A stretch of DNA of 64,000 nt from the human T2T-CHM13v2.0 reference genome, Homo sapiens. How positions within the stretch are numbered: the first letter of the stretch is position 1; each line of letters starts with the position of its first letter. The notes under the pieces were generated by a model that made no database searches, was not told the DNA's origin, and saw only the letters and a list, made by a program, of their open reading frames with translations. Below are positions 35,522 through 51,072 of the stretch, one piece after another. A program made the position numbers and the translations under genes. The stretch lies in assembly GCF_009914755.1 (NCBI RefSeq), contig NC_060932.1; one strand, given 5' to 3'.

Positions 35522-35962
35522 TAAAAACATTTAAAAACTGTTTTTTAAAAAACATTCTAGTTAAGACGAGATAATTCAATGTTCAAGCTAATAATTCTAT
35601 ACCATTTTAAGAGTCTGAATTTACTTTTAAGTAAAAAAAGGCAGAGAAAAAGAGTGAAGGATACAGAATTATCTTGATTATGCACTGCTGTTACTATTCC
35701 CATGCTAAAGACCCCTTTTGTTTCAATAAAACTATCAATATTTACTGAGAATGACAGCTCTGAATCAAAGGCAAGAGAAAGAGACCTGTAAATAGTGCTG
35801 TTCATACTAGTTGCCCCCAGTAGTTCCCAGGCCTCACTTCCAAGCTGCCTTAAGTAATTTTTACTTTCTGAATATAAAGCCAACTGTGGAGGGGTCAGAC
35901 AGCTGAGGACTGAACTTCTTAAAAATTGGCTTCAGAGAAAAGCATAACATTACAACTGAGGC

Positions 35963-36286
<324 letters not shown>

Positions 36287-36693
36287 TTAAAACAGTCTCA
36301 TAATTGTCACATTATCATATTATGTCAACTCTGAAAATAAATGCACACTCATCCCAGAGTCTCCAAAATCTTTATCTTTAGAATCCAACCTTGTTTTAAG
36401 AAGTAGTAAAATGAAGGAGCATTGTTAGTAGTCACCTGACAAAAGCTGTCCATTATTCTTGACATTAAAAATTGAATGCAATGATTTAAAAAACATAATA
36501 CATTAACATTTACATAATATATTTAGAATCACATGGTTTCCAGTGATTAGATTTCAGTCATGCCTGGAAAGGAGAAGACAGTGGCTAGGAGCACATTCCT
36601 TATAAAGGATACATAAATGGTATACTTAGGATGACTAATATTAAGAATTTAAACACGGTGCATTTTTTTCCTCAAAGGAAGCAATTTTAGTTT

Positions 36694-37686
<993 letters not shown>

Positions 37687-38656
37687 TCAACTTATGCCTG
37701 GAAACTGTCATACACAAATTACACAGGACACATAGGCGATGAGCGTTTCAGTAGTCTCAAATAGTACAGCGAATAATCACTTCTTACTTGAAACTTCTGT
37801 CTCGTCTCTCAGAGCCTTTCTTTCTCCCCCTGCCTTTTTTTCTTAATTTCTTTTTCTTTTTTCTTGACCCTCTTCATCAAAGAAATAACAACAAAACAAA
37901 ACAAAACTGTACCCTCTTTCCACAAATATACTTCTAAGCAATACTCTTTGGTCAGATATTCTAGCAGGGAGACATTAAAATCCTGAAGCTAACAGAAAGG
38001 AGGCTGAATAACATGACTAATGAAGAGATACAGGAAGGTAATAAATACAACAACTATATAGAACATTGCAATAGATGGTTAAGTCAAGACCTCAGTTTAT
38101 TTTCCAGCACTACTACTGACTCCAAAGGTGTTATTTTTTCAGCAAGTCATTTAATCTTTCTCAAATACATTTTATATGTGTAAAGGAAGTTAAAAAGAAA
38201 ACTAAATGAACAATACATGGTTACTATTCTATCACGCTATTGCCGAAAATAAATAGTACTAAATCTTAGTATGAAGGAACAAGAATGCAGAAATATCATT
38301 ATTAAGGTACTAAAAATGTATATATCACACAGTACTCTAAGAAAACTATGATATAAAAATATATACCACAATAATGCCATAAATAGACTAAGGAAACAAA
38401 TTGGTGCTAAAGGGAAAAAAATTTAAATGAAATATAAGAAGCTGAATGGTTAGCTAGGTACAGCTTACTGATTCAATACACATATATTATTATAAATATG
38501 TATTATGTGCAAGCTGATATAATTAAAACACCAAGTCACTGCCATAATCCAGTATATAGACCAGTTCAGATATTTTAAATATTATTAACTGGCAAATCCA
38601 CCCATGACAAAAAAAAAAAAAAATGAGGCTTAAATTTAGTTGCTAAAATGGACCTC

Positions 38657-39055
38657 AGTATGATCTCATTTATATGTGGATTCTAAAAAAGTCAAACTTA
38701 TTGAAACAGAGAGTAAAATGGTGGTTGGTAGGGGCTGGGAGGGTGAGAGAAATGGGAGATATTAGTCAAAGGGTGCAAATTTTCAGTTATAAGATGAGTA
38801 AGTTCTGAGGAACTCATGTCCAGAATAGCATAGTTAATATGCTCTATTGTTTCTTTGAAATTTGCCAAGAGCAAATCTGAAGTGTCCTCATCACACACAT
38901 ACACACAGGTGGTAAGTAACTACGGGTGGTGATTGATGTAATTAACTTGATTGTGGCAGTCATTTCACAATGGATACATATATGAAATCATTACATTGCA
39001 CACTTTGAATATATACCATTTTTACTTGCCAATTATACTCCAATAAAGCTAGGGG
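38657..39055 (+). mobile_element. L1MA/L1MB 3' end
   Basis: atgatctcatttatatgtgga...gaaacagagagtaaaatggtggtt...cttgattgtggcagtcatttcacaat...caataaagct. Confidence 0.8.
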
Positions 39056-39618
39056 AAAAAAACACAAAAAAATTAAAATGGGCTATCACCACACCGGGCT
39101 TGATTATCATGTCTAGGCCTTTAAAAAGCCAATACCCTAACAGAAAGAACAGTTACTGAGGGAGGCATGGATCCTGCTGGAGCTCACTGCCACGGTCTGG
39201 TCACATATTCTTCGACAAGTCATTTCCCCTGACCCTGACCTATGCCTTGGTTTCTTCACATATAAAACAAAGGGCTGGAGATAAAATGACCTTCAAAGTC
39301 CTTTCAAATTCTACTCTGTTATGATTTTTAGTAAAAAGATGATAAACACAATTTATTAGAAGGTAAAGTAAACTTGTACTTCTTGAAATTGGGAGTATCT
39401 TTGACAACCAAAGTTGTTTTCAAGAGGGAAGTTCTAAATTTACCCATGCATCCTAGAAGACTTAGTGGCAGAAGACTACATGTTTAACAAGTTCAAGTCC
39501 AGGAAACAAAAATGATCAATGAATAACAGGTTGTTTGGAGCTATTTTTCTCTCAAACCAGATATACAACAGGAATGCTTCTCACCATAAATGCCAATGAT
39601 TTTCTGGGGAGATCTCAC

Positions 39619-39728
39619 CTTTTTCCTGTTCCTGCAGCTCCCTCAAGACTGGACAGCCTATAGCTATGACAGTGGGAATTTTTGCTCCAAGTTCTTCTGT
39701 GAAATCCTTGCCTCATACTTGCCAGAAG
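39619..39728 (-). other. PEX2: PEX2 5'UTR exon (110 nt, c.-127 to c.-18)
   Basis: Minus-strand acceptor ctttattcttttttgtatgtAG|cttctgg and donor gaaaaag|GTgaga; length fits recalled c. numbering. Confidence 0.85.
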
Positions 39729-40479
39729 CTACATACAAAAAAGAATAAAGTTTAAAAGGGAGTTCCCTTTCCTCACTCTACAAATCAAATCCATTGCCAA
39801 GGACTGTTGGTACGTGGTCCAAAATTTTTCCTAACCCATCTGTCACTCCCTATCCCCCGCAAGCCTTTTCCTGAATTCTGGCTGCTCTCCTCTCTCATGG
39901 ATTCCATCAAACTGGTCTACCTTACCTTCTGCCTCCTTCAGTGCATTCTCCACACTGCCAGTGTTCTAAAACACAAACCTCCCCAAATCCACTCCCAGCT
40001 TGCTTTCCTTCCTTACGCATCACATCCAGTCAAAAAGTACCCCCTTCTCCTGTTCACCAGTAGACTTCACTGTCTGTTCCCTTTGTGTGGAACAGTCCGT
40101 TTCCAATCTTTTAACTGAAAACTCATAATAAGATTTTAAGTACTGGCTCAGACATCACTTCCTGCTGACTCCAAATTTGGGTTGCTGCCCATCTAGTTGT
40201 TCCCTTGGCACTCTATTCTTTCCCTTTCTTGGCCTCTATGTACTGTACATAAACTACTTTTAAATGGTTTATTTCCTCCACTAGAGGATGAGCCTGTTGT
40301 GAAGATTATTTGAGCCTTATCACAGTTGAATCAGAACAACTATCTCAGTTCCTGGTACACAGAAGGCACTCTACAAACACTAGATAAATGAATAAATGAA
40401 TAGGATGAAAGTCTGGGATGTGTGAAGGATAGAAAATATCAATTCCCATCCATTACCCTTTAAAACTATTTCAAATTAC

Positions 40480-41400
40480 CATATCCAGAAAGATGATTAT
40501 TACTAATTTCACCATGTTTATTGTGCATCTGTTATTTACCTGTTAATATGAGAGCTAGTGATATAATGGTACAACAGACACTGTTTTCAACCCTTGTGGA
40601 GGGTTGTGGAACGAGAGAGAAAAGTAAAGGTGTGCTATATAAAATAAACAGGTGATTACAATAAGGTGCGATCAGTGATATGCAAGGGAAAATTCAGGGC
40701 ACTATGGTTACAACTATACTTCAGAAGGTCAGAGAAGGCTTCCTGGGAGAGGCAATACCTAAGCAGCCACCTGATATTAGCATGTCAGCCTGGTAAAGGA
40801 GGGTAAGAATACTATTGCCAATGGTGAGAAGAGTAGGTACTAAGGACTAGAGGTGCACAGATGAGATAAGGCTGGAAAGAAGCAGGAGACAGGTCCTAAA
40901 GGCCCTAGAAGCCAAGCTGAGGAGGCTGTATTTTATGAGGAAGGTAACGGGAAGCCCCCAATAGTGGTACGCAAATAACTAGTAAGATTTACATTTTAGA
41001 CTACTTGTTCTGGCCACCCTGAGCAAGAATGGAATAGAGGCTGAGAGAAAGACTGGAAGCATAGAGACGAGTTAACAGGTTGTTAAAATGATCTAGTGAG
41101 AAACTAATGATGGCCTAAATTAGAAAAGTATCAATGGGGACAGAGAGAAAAGGGTTATCTTTGACAGCGGTGAGGTGGTAGAAGTGACACTATCTGGAGA
41201 GAAATAAGCCAAGAAAAACTGACTTAAGTAATTGAGTGATAGTGATCCAAGTCCCTGAAACAAGAAATACATGAGGCAATACAGGTTTGAACAGAAAGAA
41301 AATATATACATGCAATTTTAAACATCTGAGGATCCTATGAGACATCTAAGTGGAAAAGTTCAGTAGGCAGTTATGTAAATATGACAGAAAAAATCTGGGT
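40480..41400. mobile_element. Degenerate L2 fragments
   Basis: ggtcagagaaggcttcctgggagagg, agatttacattttaga, gagacatctaagtggaaaagttcagtaggcagtt. Confidence 0.5.
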
Positions 41401-41738
41401 AGAATTTTAGAAGTCTGATGCCCCTCTGGTAAAACTAATCTATTTTAAATCTACTTGATCTACATAAGTGCTAAAATCAAGAAGGCAGTGATTTAAAACA
41501 AGATAGATCTTGTCTATTTGTAACACATTCAACTTTCTTTGTAACAACGTAATCTTATTCTGGTAGTTTTTAACTGCTAACAGATATATGTGTCTATGAT
41601 AAAGATACATATATCTCTGGGCTTTTAATCCTTCTAAACTGTGGTCTTCACCATCACAGTCCTGTGGTCTCTGCTCCTCTAGTCTAGTGGTTTTCAAACT
41701 TGTGACTTCATCAGAATCACATAAGAAAACAGGCATAC

Positions 41739-41770
41739 CTCAGAGACACTGCAGGTTAGGTTCCAGACCA
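41739..41770 (-). other. PEX2: PEX2 5'UTR exon (32 nt, c.-159 to c.-128), derived from the end of a Tigger1 element
   Basis: Acceptor tttgctttattgcAG|tggtctgg and donor tctgag|GTatgc; lies in the terminal ~45 bp of the Tigger1 copy. Confidence 0.75.
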
Positions 41771-42344
41771 CTGCAATAAAGCAAATATCACAATAAAGTA
41801 AGTTACACAACTTTTTTGGTTTTCCAGTGCATATAAAACTTATATTTTCACTATACTGCAGTCTATTAAGTGTGCAATAGCACTGTGCCTTAAAAACAAT
41901 GTACATACCTTAATTAAAAATTACTTGATTGCTAAAAAATGCTAACAACCATCTGAGCCTTCAGTGAGTTATAATCTTTTTGATAGTGGAGGGTCCTGCC
42001 TTGATGTTGATGCCTGCTGACTGATCAGGGTGATGACTGCTGAAGGCTGGGGTGGTTGTGGCAATATCTTATAACAACAACAAAGTTTGCTGCATGGATT
42101 GACTCTTCATCTCATGAAAGATTTCTCTGTAGCATGCGAAGCTTTCTGATAGCATTTTACCAAGAGTAAACCTTCTTTCAAAACTGGAGTCAACAGTCTC
42201 AAACCCTGCCATTGTTTTATCAATTAAGTTTATGGGATATTCTAAATCCTTTGCTATCTTTTCAACAATGTTTACAGCATTTCCCCAGGTATAAACTCCA
42301 TCTCAAGAAACCACTTTCTTTGCTTATCCATAAGAAGCAACTCA

Positions 42345-42626
42345 CTGGGTGCAGTGGCTCATGCCTATAATTCCAGCCCTTTGGGAGGCCAAGGGAGGAT
42401 TTCTGGGCAACACAGGGAGACACTGTCTCTACAAAAACTAAAAAAAAAAAAAAAAAAAAAATTAGCCAGGCGTGCTGGCATGCACCTGTAGTCCTAGCTA
42501 CTAAGGGCAGGCTGACGCAGGAGAGTTGCTTGAGTCCAGGAGATTGAGAGGCTGCAGTGAGCTGACTGTGCTGTTGTTCACCAGCCTGAGTGCCAGAGCA
42601 TGACCTTCGTTTCAAAAAAAAAAAAA
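42345..42626 (+). mobile_element. AluJ inserted in Tigger1
   Basis: Alu dimer with a left-arm deletion; TSD-like gaagcaactc / gaagcaagtc. Confidence 0.88.
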
Positions 42627-44434
42627 GAGGGGAAGCAAGTCCTTATCAATTCAAGTTCTATTATGAGATTGTAGCAAATCAGTCACATCTTTAGGCTCCA
42701 CTCTAATTATAGCTCTCTTACTATTTCTATCACATCTGTAGTTACTTCCTCCACTGAAGTCTTGAACTCCTCAAAGTCATCCACAATGGTTAGAATCAAC
42801 TTCTTACAAACTCCTGTTCATGTTGATATGTTGACCTTCTCTCACGAATCATGTTCTTAATGGTACACAGAATGGCGAATCTTTTCCAGAAGGTTTTCAA
42901 TTTACTTTGCCCAGATCCATCAGAGAAATTGCTATTGGCAACTACAGGCTTAAGAAATGTAGTTCTTAAAAAAAAAATATAAAAGTCAAAATTACTCCTT
43001 GATCCATGGGGTGCAGAATGAATGCTGTGATAGCAGGCATGAAAACATTAATCTCCTTGTACATCTTCGTCAGAGCTCTTGGGTGACTAAGGTGCATATC
43101 AATGAGCAGTAATATTTTGAAATAATTTTTTTTGAACAAGTCTCACCTGTGTGCTTAAAATATTCAGTAAACCATGCTGTAAACAGATGTGCTGTCATCC
43201 AGGCTTTGTTTTTTTCATTTATAAAGTACAGGCAGAGTAGTTCTAGCATAATTCTTAAGGGTCTTTGAATTTTTAGAATGGTAAATAAGCACTGGCTTCA
43301 ACTTAAGAGCCACCAGCTACATTAACCCACAACAGGAGAGTCAGCCTGTCCTTTGAAGCTCTGAAGCCACATATTGGCTTCTCCTCTCTAGCTATCAGTG
43401 TTACATGGCATTTTCTTCCAATATAAGCCTTTTGTCTATCTTGAAAATATATTGTCTAGCGTAGTCACCTTCATCAATTATTTAGCTAAACCTTCTGGAT
43501 AACTTGCTGCAGCTCTGATGTCAGCATTTGCTGCTTCAGCTTTCATGTTTATATCATAAATGGTTATTTCCTTAAATCTCACGAACCACCCTCTGCTAGC
43601 TTCCACCTTTTCTTCTGCAGATTCCTCACCTCTTTGTCTTAAAGAATTGAAGAGAGTTAGGAACTTGCTCTGGATTAGGCTTTGGCTTAAAGGAATTTTG
43701 TGGCTGGTTTGATCTTCTATCTAGACCACTAAAACTTGTCCCACATCATCAGCAATAAGGCTGTTCACTTTCTTTAATTCATGTGTTCCCTGGAGGATCA
43801 CTTTTAATTTCCTTCAAGAACTTTTCCTCTGCATTCACAACTTGGCTGTTTGGTATAAAAGGTCTACCTTTTGGCCTGTGTTGGCTTCTGACATGGCTTC
43901 CTCACTAAGCTTAGCAAAATCTAGCAAAATCATTGCTAGATTTTGATTTAAAGTGAGAGATGTACAACCCTTCCTTTCACTTGAACACTTAAGAGGCCAT
44001 TGTAGGCTTATCTTAATTGGCCTAATTTCAACATTGTTGTGTCTTAGGGAATAGGCAAGTCAGCAGAACAGTCAGAACACCCAATATTTGTTAAGTTCAC
44101 CATCTTATATGGATACAGTTCTTGGTGCCCCAGAATATTTATAAGTTCACCATCTTATATGGATACAGTTCGTGGTGCCCCAGAACAGTTACAATAGTAA
44201 TAACAAAGATCACTGATCACAGGTCACCACTAAGAATATCATAATAAAAAAAAGTCTGAAATATTGCCAAGAATTACCTAAACGTTACACAGAGACACCA
44301 AGTTGAGTAAATGCTGTTGGAAAAAAAATTGTGCAGATAAACTTGATTGACTCAGGTTTGCTACAAACCTTTAATTTGTAAAAGCAGTATCTGCAAACCA
44401 GAAGAAAGCACAGTAAAATATAACGAGGTGTGAA

Positions 44435-44549
44435 CTAGGCTATACCAAGTAGGTTTGTGTGAGTACACCCTATGATGTTCGCACAATGATGAAATCATCA
44501 AACTATGCGTTTCTCAGAATGTACCCCCTTGATAAGCAACTCATAACTG
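44435..44549. mobile_element. Tigger3-family terminal fragment
   Basis: ctaggctatacca..taggtttgtgtgagtacaccctatgatgttcgcacaatga...tttctcagaatgtacccc. Confidence 0.75.
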
Positions 44550-47500
44550 CATCTCTTCCTCAGGTTCCTTAGTGATATTTAGTGAGAAACTGGTCAGAGT
44601 GAGTGGTTTGTCAGAAGAATCATCTATTTCAAGTTTCTTGTTTTTGGAGGAATTACACTTAAAAACATTCAGTAAAAACAGGAATTTTTAATGACTGCCA
44701 GAAAAGGAGACCTAAAACGGTCTTTAACCAATACAATATTTAACAATATTTATTATCAAAAAATTCTTTCTTATCCCTTCTGTTACAGTTTAACATTTTT
44801 TTCTTTCTTCTTTTCCTCCCCAGGCCTGGCCTCAGTGTAGATTAGGAACAGCTGGGTTTGCTCTCCTCCCTACGTAAGACTCTTTAATAGACCAAAAGAC
44901 TATTATTAAACTGTTCTTCAGCCTTTGCTCCTCCAGATGAATAATTTCTCTCTATTTTTTGTTTTAGGTTTTATTTTCCAACATTTTAGTCATTTTTGTG
45001 ACTTCTTTTAGTTGTAAACATAGAACAGACACTGTCTATTACACACCATAGTTCATTAAAGTGGAATACTTCTCCCATGCTCTACATTCTTCTTTAGGCA
45101 TCTGTCACAGAGTGGAAAAAGCAGATTTAAAATCAAACAGGCCTGGGCTCAAGTTCTAGCTCTGTCACTTACTTGCTATGAGATCTTAAAAAACTTCATT
45201 AGCCTCGGATTCTTCTCCTAAAAGTTGGAAATAACAGCTACCTCACAAAGTTGTTGAGATTAAACCAGATAATGTTACGAAAGTGGTTTAGAAGCCATAA
45301 AGCAGTATTATTTATTACATTATTGTTGCTTTGGCTAGGGATGAGCATGAAAAGTAACAGGCCCCAAACTAATTTTGGCAAATCTCATTTCGAAAGACTG
45401 AAACCTTCACTGTTAGTTATAGTAATGCCTCAATCAACCTGTATCAAAATGTTTTTCCAGGAAATATTGACATCATTAAGACATAAATTGTGGCAGTTAA
45501 ACCACGAACATAATGTCACCCTTATGTGTGCACGTGGGAGGGGCCAGGCAGGAGTGGGCAGAGATATGATGGTTCAGTGGAACTCACTGCCCACTTAACT
45601 TGCACCTTGTCTGAAAGGATATGACACAGTGTGGATAGAGAAAAGAGATGGGTTCCCGCATGACCTGCTCCTGTCATTATTTAGCCCCTATCAACATAGT
45701 TGTGCCTGTTATCTTGAAGTAAAGAAACCTCATGAATGCACACTTACAATATTTGACTCTAGGGTGCTTTGCTGCACACAACATGGTACAGGCAGTCCAA
45801 GACAAGCAACAAACTTGTATTCATCACCAGCATATTACATTCAGTTCTTCCTCATCACACATACTCCCACCCCACTCCTCTCTTTCTGGCAGGTACAGCT
45901 ATTCTAGAATACTCTCTTTAGAAAAGGGCAGCAAAGGAGTAGAAGAAAATGATGAAATCAAAATAACTAGAAATTCAATTAACCCAATTATGGAATCTTC
46001 TTCCCTCTACAGCAGTACAACAAGATTTGTTATAATAGGTATGAAGCATAAATGCCATAAACGACTTTATATCACATAAAATTATTCCCAATATAGTGTA
46101 AGCAGTTTGTGTTTTAGTGAATTCTAATTCTCTGACAAATGGCTACTCAATGTAACAAATATATACTGGACACCTATCAAATACAAGGCATTCTCCTAGG
46201 TACCAGAGATTCAATCTAAATATTTAACTGTCAGCTAGCTTCCTTTTATTCAAGCATTTTAAAAGACATAGGAAATCAGGACTGGCCATTGATCTCTGAA
46301 GTGAAGAATGGATCCCAAAACGTGAAAACATTATAAAAGATCACAAAACTTTCCAGGGAGAAAAGAGGAAAATGGTATGTAAGGCAAGGGAACAGGCTGT
46401 GTGAAAGCCCAGAAATAGCAAGCTCCTGACCATAGCCTAGCTGGGACATACGGACATGAGTTGCACCATGAGCTACATCCTTGGTTATTTAACCCCCGTC
46501 AATGTGGCTGCATCTGTTATCTGGAAGGAGACAAGTCATCTGTCATGACCAAAGCAGGCTGGCAGGAGAGACTGGCTGAAGTGTCAACCTAGCCACATTG
46601 TAAAAAGAACCTGTGTTAAGGAAATTGTATTGATTCTGTAGGCATGAATAATCATTGAAGAGAAGAGACATAATGGGATATAAATTTCAAAAGATTAATC
46701 TGACGGCAGAGTTCAATAAAACTGAAGAAAAGAAAAACTGCCGTTCTGGGAGACCAGATTTATAGGATTCCTGCAACAATTCAGGGGCCTACCTATGATG
46801 CTAACAACTTCCCTGAAAAGTCAAAGTAATTTAACTTACTTAAGAACCATGGAAATCAAGAGGAAGACTATACTATCCCTTCACATTTTTGGGTCAAAAA
46901 TTCCCAGTGCTTTTGGTAAACTAGTACTCTCCTTACTTCTGTTACAAGGATTGCCAACACCCATGCCCAACCACTGGTAAGTCTATTTTGACTTTACCTT
47001 CAATCATTTAAGTAAGCTTTAACAATTTCTATATTATTGGTCATTGTAAATTAGTATTTAGTTTTATAAATGTAAGCTCAAACTTGAATATTTTTAAAAA
47101 TTACAAGCTGCTTTTTGTAAAAAGAATTGCTTTGAATTGAACCACCATTAAATTTAATTCTAATAGATTTTTCCTATTCTACCTTTTCATACACAATCCT
47201 ACCAGCCACCCACTCCTGCAATTCTCGACCTATACTAACTTTAAGATTCCAAAATGCTAACCCAGGGGAGGGGAGAGATATATTTATTGGCTATGCAAAG
47301 AGATATATAAAAATATGTAACTAAAATTATAATTGGCAGTAAATAATCTTAGCATTTAGTGAAGGATTCTACCATGTTAAGGATATGTGAAAAAGATGCT
47401 TAAGGCAAAATCAAGACCAGATAAAAAGTATAGCATCTACTAGGGTTCGTGTGATTAACTTGTCACATAAATATGTTTAAGACAAAATGATCTAGTACTA

Positions 47501-50500
47501 AAAACTATTAAAAGGGTCTCCTGCTGACATTTTATCACTAAACATGTCACACTGCTTTTCTTTCACAGAAAAAGACAACTAAAAATTATTTACTAAGAGC
47601 AGCAATATATAACCTTATCCCTTAAATAACTCATGCTTTCCTTTTATGTTTTTCATATCCCAAAATAAAAACTTTGCCATCTATATCACATTCCAAAAAC
47701 TAAACAAATGACTGTATCTCACTGAGGAAGAAGGAATGTTTCAGGATGTATTTTATAGTTTTATTGAGTATAGTACAAATTATGAATGAATATATTTTCT
47801 TTAAAAACATGTTATTGACAGAAATCTATCAATAATAATGTGGGTATTGTCAAGGGCCTGTCAATATTAACGTAATTATGATTAAGGGGATAACATGGAT
47901 TTTAGCTATAATACCATGTAACATCTCCTACATCGCTGCTATCAATATACACATTATTATTGACCTGTTCCAAGACTCTCAGTATTAGAGGTATTACCAT
48001 TAGGCATATTTGTCAATGCATACTGTCTACAAAATTCTGCATTTAAATTTACAGTCCTGTAAACTTTGTCAGCAGAAACGTGATTCTCAAGTAATCTCTA
48101 CTGTGTCATACCCACTCATGCACCCCCTGCCAGGCTATTCTTTTCCATCTCCACAATAATAAACTAAGTTTTAGAATGAAAATGTCACTGCCACACCATC
48201 TTAAATGTTCTGGCAATCAAAGTGGATGAGACCACGTTCATTGTTTTCTCTTTCTGAAAATGTTAAACTAGCATTTCATATTATGAGGTTATATGAATAA
48301 AATTCTATGACTAGACATCTTAAGTTTTGAACCTATAACCTACTATTTTATTTCCTTTGTGTAGTCAGATAGATTTACTGTCCAATGTATTGAAATCAAT
48401 ACTAATAAATGGGACGTGCATCAAAGAGGGATTTAACTGGACACTGATTCCCAGAACACGTTTCAAATATGGGCAAAAGAAAAAAGGCTATGGCTGAAGC
48501 CCATTAGAACACTGTGACCTCTGGCACTGTGAACAGGCCTAACAACTCTTAAGTTCAAATCCCGCTTCTGTCACAGACTTGCTAAGTGCCTTGTCACTAC
48601 TTTCTCGTTCCTCTCTTTCACCATACATAAACTAAGTTTTAATAGTTTATAGACACCTGATGTTGTAAATCCCAGTTGTGCTCATTTGGGTATAGCCAAG
48701 ATATGTGAAATTTTAAAACTGTGTTATGTCCAACAGACCTCTAAATTACTTTTAACTTCAATGAACATTGCCTCATCAAAATCCAAATAGGATTTTTCTT
48801 TTTGAAGTGGTAGTGGATACATGACAAAACATTTCTAAAATGTATCTGAAAGATAAACTTCAAAGTTGCACATATTTCTCAAAAATATGGACAATGGTAA
48901 GTAACCTGCCCTAGAAGAGGGGAAAATATCTTTTTTTTTTTGCATTTAGGGAGAAGAGGAAACTCAACACAACTCAAGATTATATTGAGTCTTACACAAT
49001 CAACTGAGTGCCTTACTTATCTCATACACAATATAGTTATTCAAGTATCTAAAACTAGCACAAAATACTTTTTTTAAACCTTAGAAAAGAATTTCCAATA
49101 CTTGGGCCTAGCTTTATAAGTATATTTTTAAGATAACAGCATGGCACTCATATTTTTTTCTTTCAGAAACCTGATACTTCTGAGTCTGAGAATGCTTATT
49201 GTGAAAATAAAGAACAGATGTTGGAGCGAGTATTGGGGAAAGCAGAGTTAAACTGCCTCTGATTAGCTCTGTATTCTAGCCCAGGTTCACTAACAGATTG
49301 TGTGACTCTAGACAAGTCATTTTATTACACTATACTCTTCACTGGCTAAAAAAAGAAACAAACAAAAAAAAGCAACTGTAAGTTTACCTACCTATCTAGA
49401 ATCCTTATAGAAACTGCTTTAGGAAATCTTGCAAGGGAAAGGGAAAAAAATGAACAGCTATTTCCAATTGCAAAAGAGCAATACAGGACATGAGGAAAAT
49501 AGAGAAATCAGAGCAGGACACAGGAGACAGAGACAGTATTCATGGAGAGTAACAGTAAACCACTAAGGAAGACAATCCCAATGAACTTGTTAGTTTACAA
49601 CCAGAGAAAACACTTAACACCTACCAGTTACTGAGTGCTAACAAGTGACTACTATAGCTAATTACCAAGTACAAATTTAAATATTAAATCATTTAATCCT
49701 TATAATACTAATAAAGAGCTTCTGTTATTACTTCTGTTCTAAAACAAGGAAATTGAGGTGCAAAGAGATTAGATGACTTGTGTGAAATCCCATGACCAGA
49801 GGGGGCAGAACCAGCTCTAAACCAGCGTCCTATACTGACAACGCGGTAATGGACCCAAAAGTTAAACATAAACACTTTAGGATGGTACCACAGGTCACAC
49901 AGATGGGGCTACCTTAAAGAGGCCAAGTACTAAGAGTATAGGCACAAACTATGGGAAAAACACTAGTGCGAGTATGAACAGGACACACATGAAATGTATG
50001 AGCAGCTAGATGTTTAAATACCCTATAAATAATTTAAAAATGGGCTTTAGAATCTAATTGCTTAAGAATTCTAAATGACTTGAAAATAACTGGAACAAAC
50101 ATTTAATTGCACATTTTATGGTACAAGAGAACACGGAAATATCCCCAAAGGAACAAAGAGCCATTAGCAATGGAATAGGAGGAACTACCATGTGATACAT
50201 ATCATGTACAAGGCACTACAACTTTTCTTTACATTCTTTATTTCATTTAATCCTCACAACACAGTAAGTACAGTATTATCATCTCCATTTTAAGAAGATA
50301 AAAATTAAGGCTTGAGAAGATTAACAACCCATCTAAAGTCAAGCTGGTAATAAGTAAATTTATGGTAAACATCAGAAAAACTGTAGAACATACAAAATAC
50401 ACTTAGTAGAATGGATATTTGCTAAGCTTGGATCAAATTTAATCCCACAGAACTCAAAAGAAATCTTTTTCCCCTTCAAGATCATTCAAAAGACCAGACT

Positions 50501-50748
50501 GCCAGTCAAGCTGTCAGGACTGTAGATGGGGAAAGAAATTAAAGGAATGAGGTAAAGTTTTCCTTGTTGCTTGGGATGTATTTTGTCTATATTCCTTCTC
50601 CCTGCTTCACTATACATGTGGTCAAAGGACCATTCAAAGGACCATGTCAAATCTGAACAAAAGGAATAGATGAGTGAAAAACTCAAGGTGTGAACATTAA
50701 CTATTACGAACACATACATGCAAGGTAGAGGTAATGCCAACTCATTCA

Positions 50749-51072
<324 letters not shown>

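Larger units (their letters stand above)
41730..44433 (-). mobile_element. Near-full-length Tigger1 DNA transposon (same orientation as PEX2), decayed transposase
   Basis: Starts with TIR caggcatacctc; continuous antisense Tigger1 sequence (ggttccagaccactgcaataaagc...ccatctcaagaaaccactttctttgc...ttgctctggattaggctttggcttaa); other end aacgaggtgtga. Confidence 0.93.
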
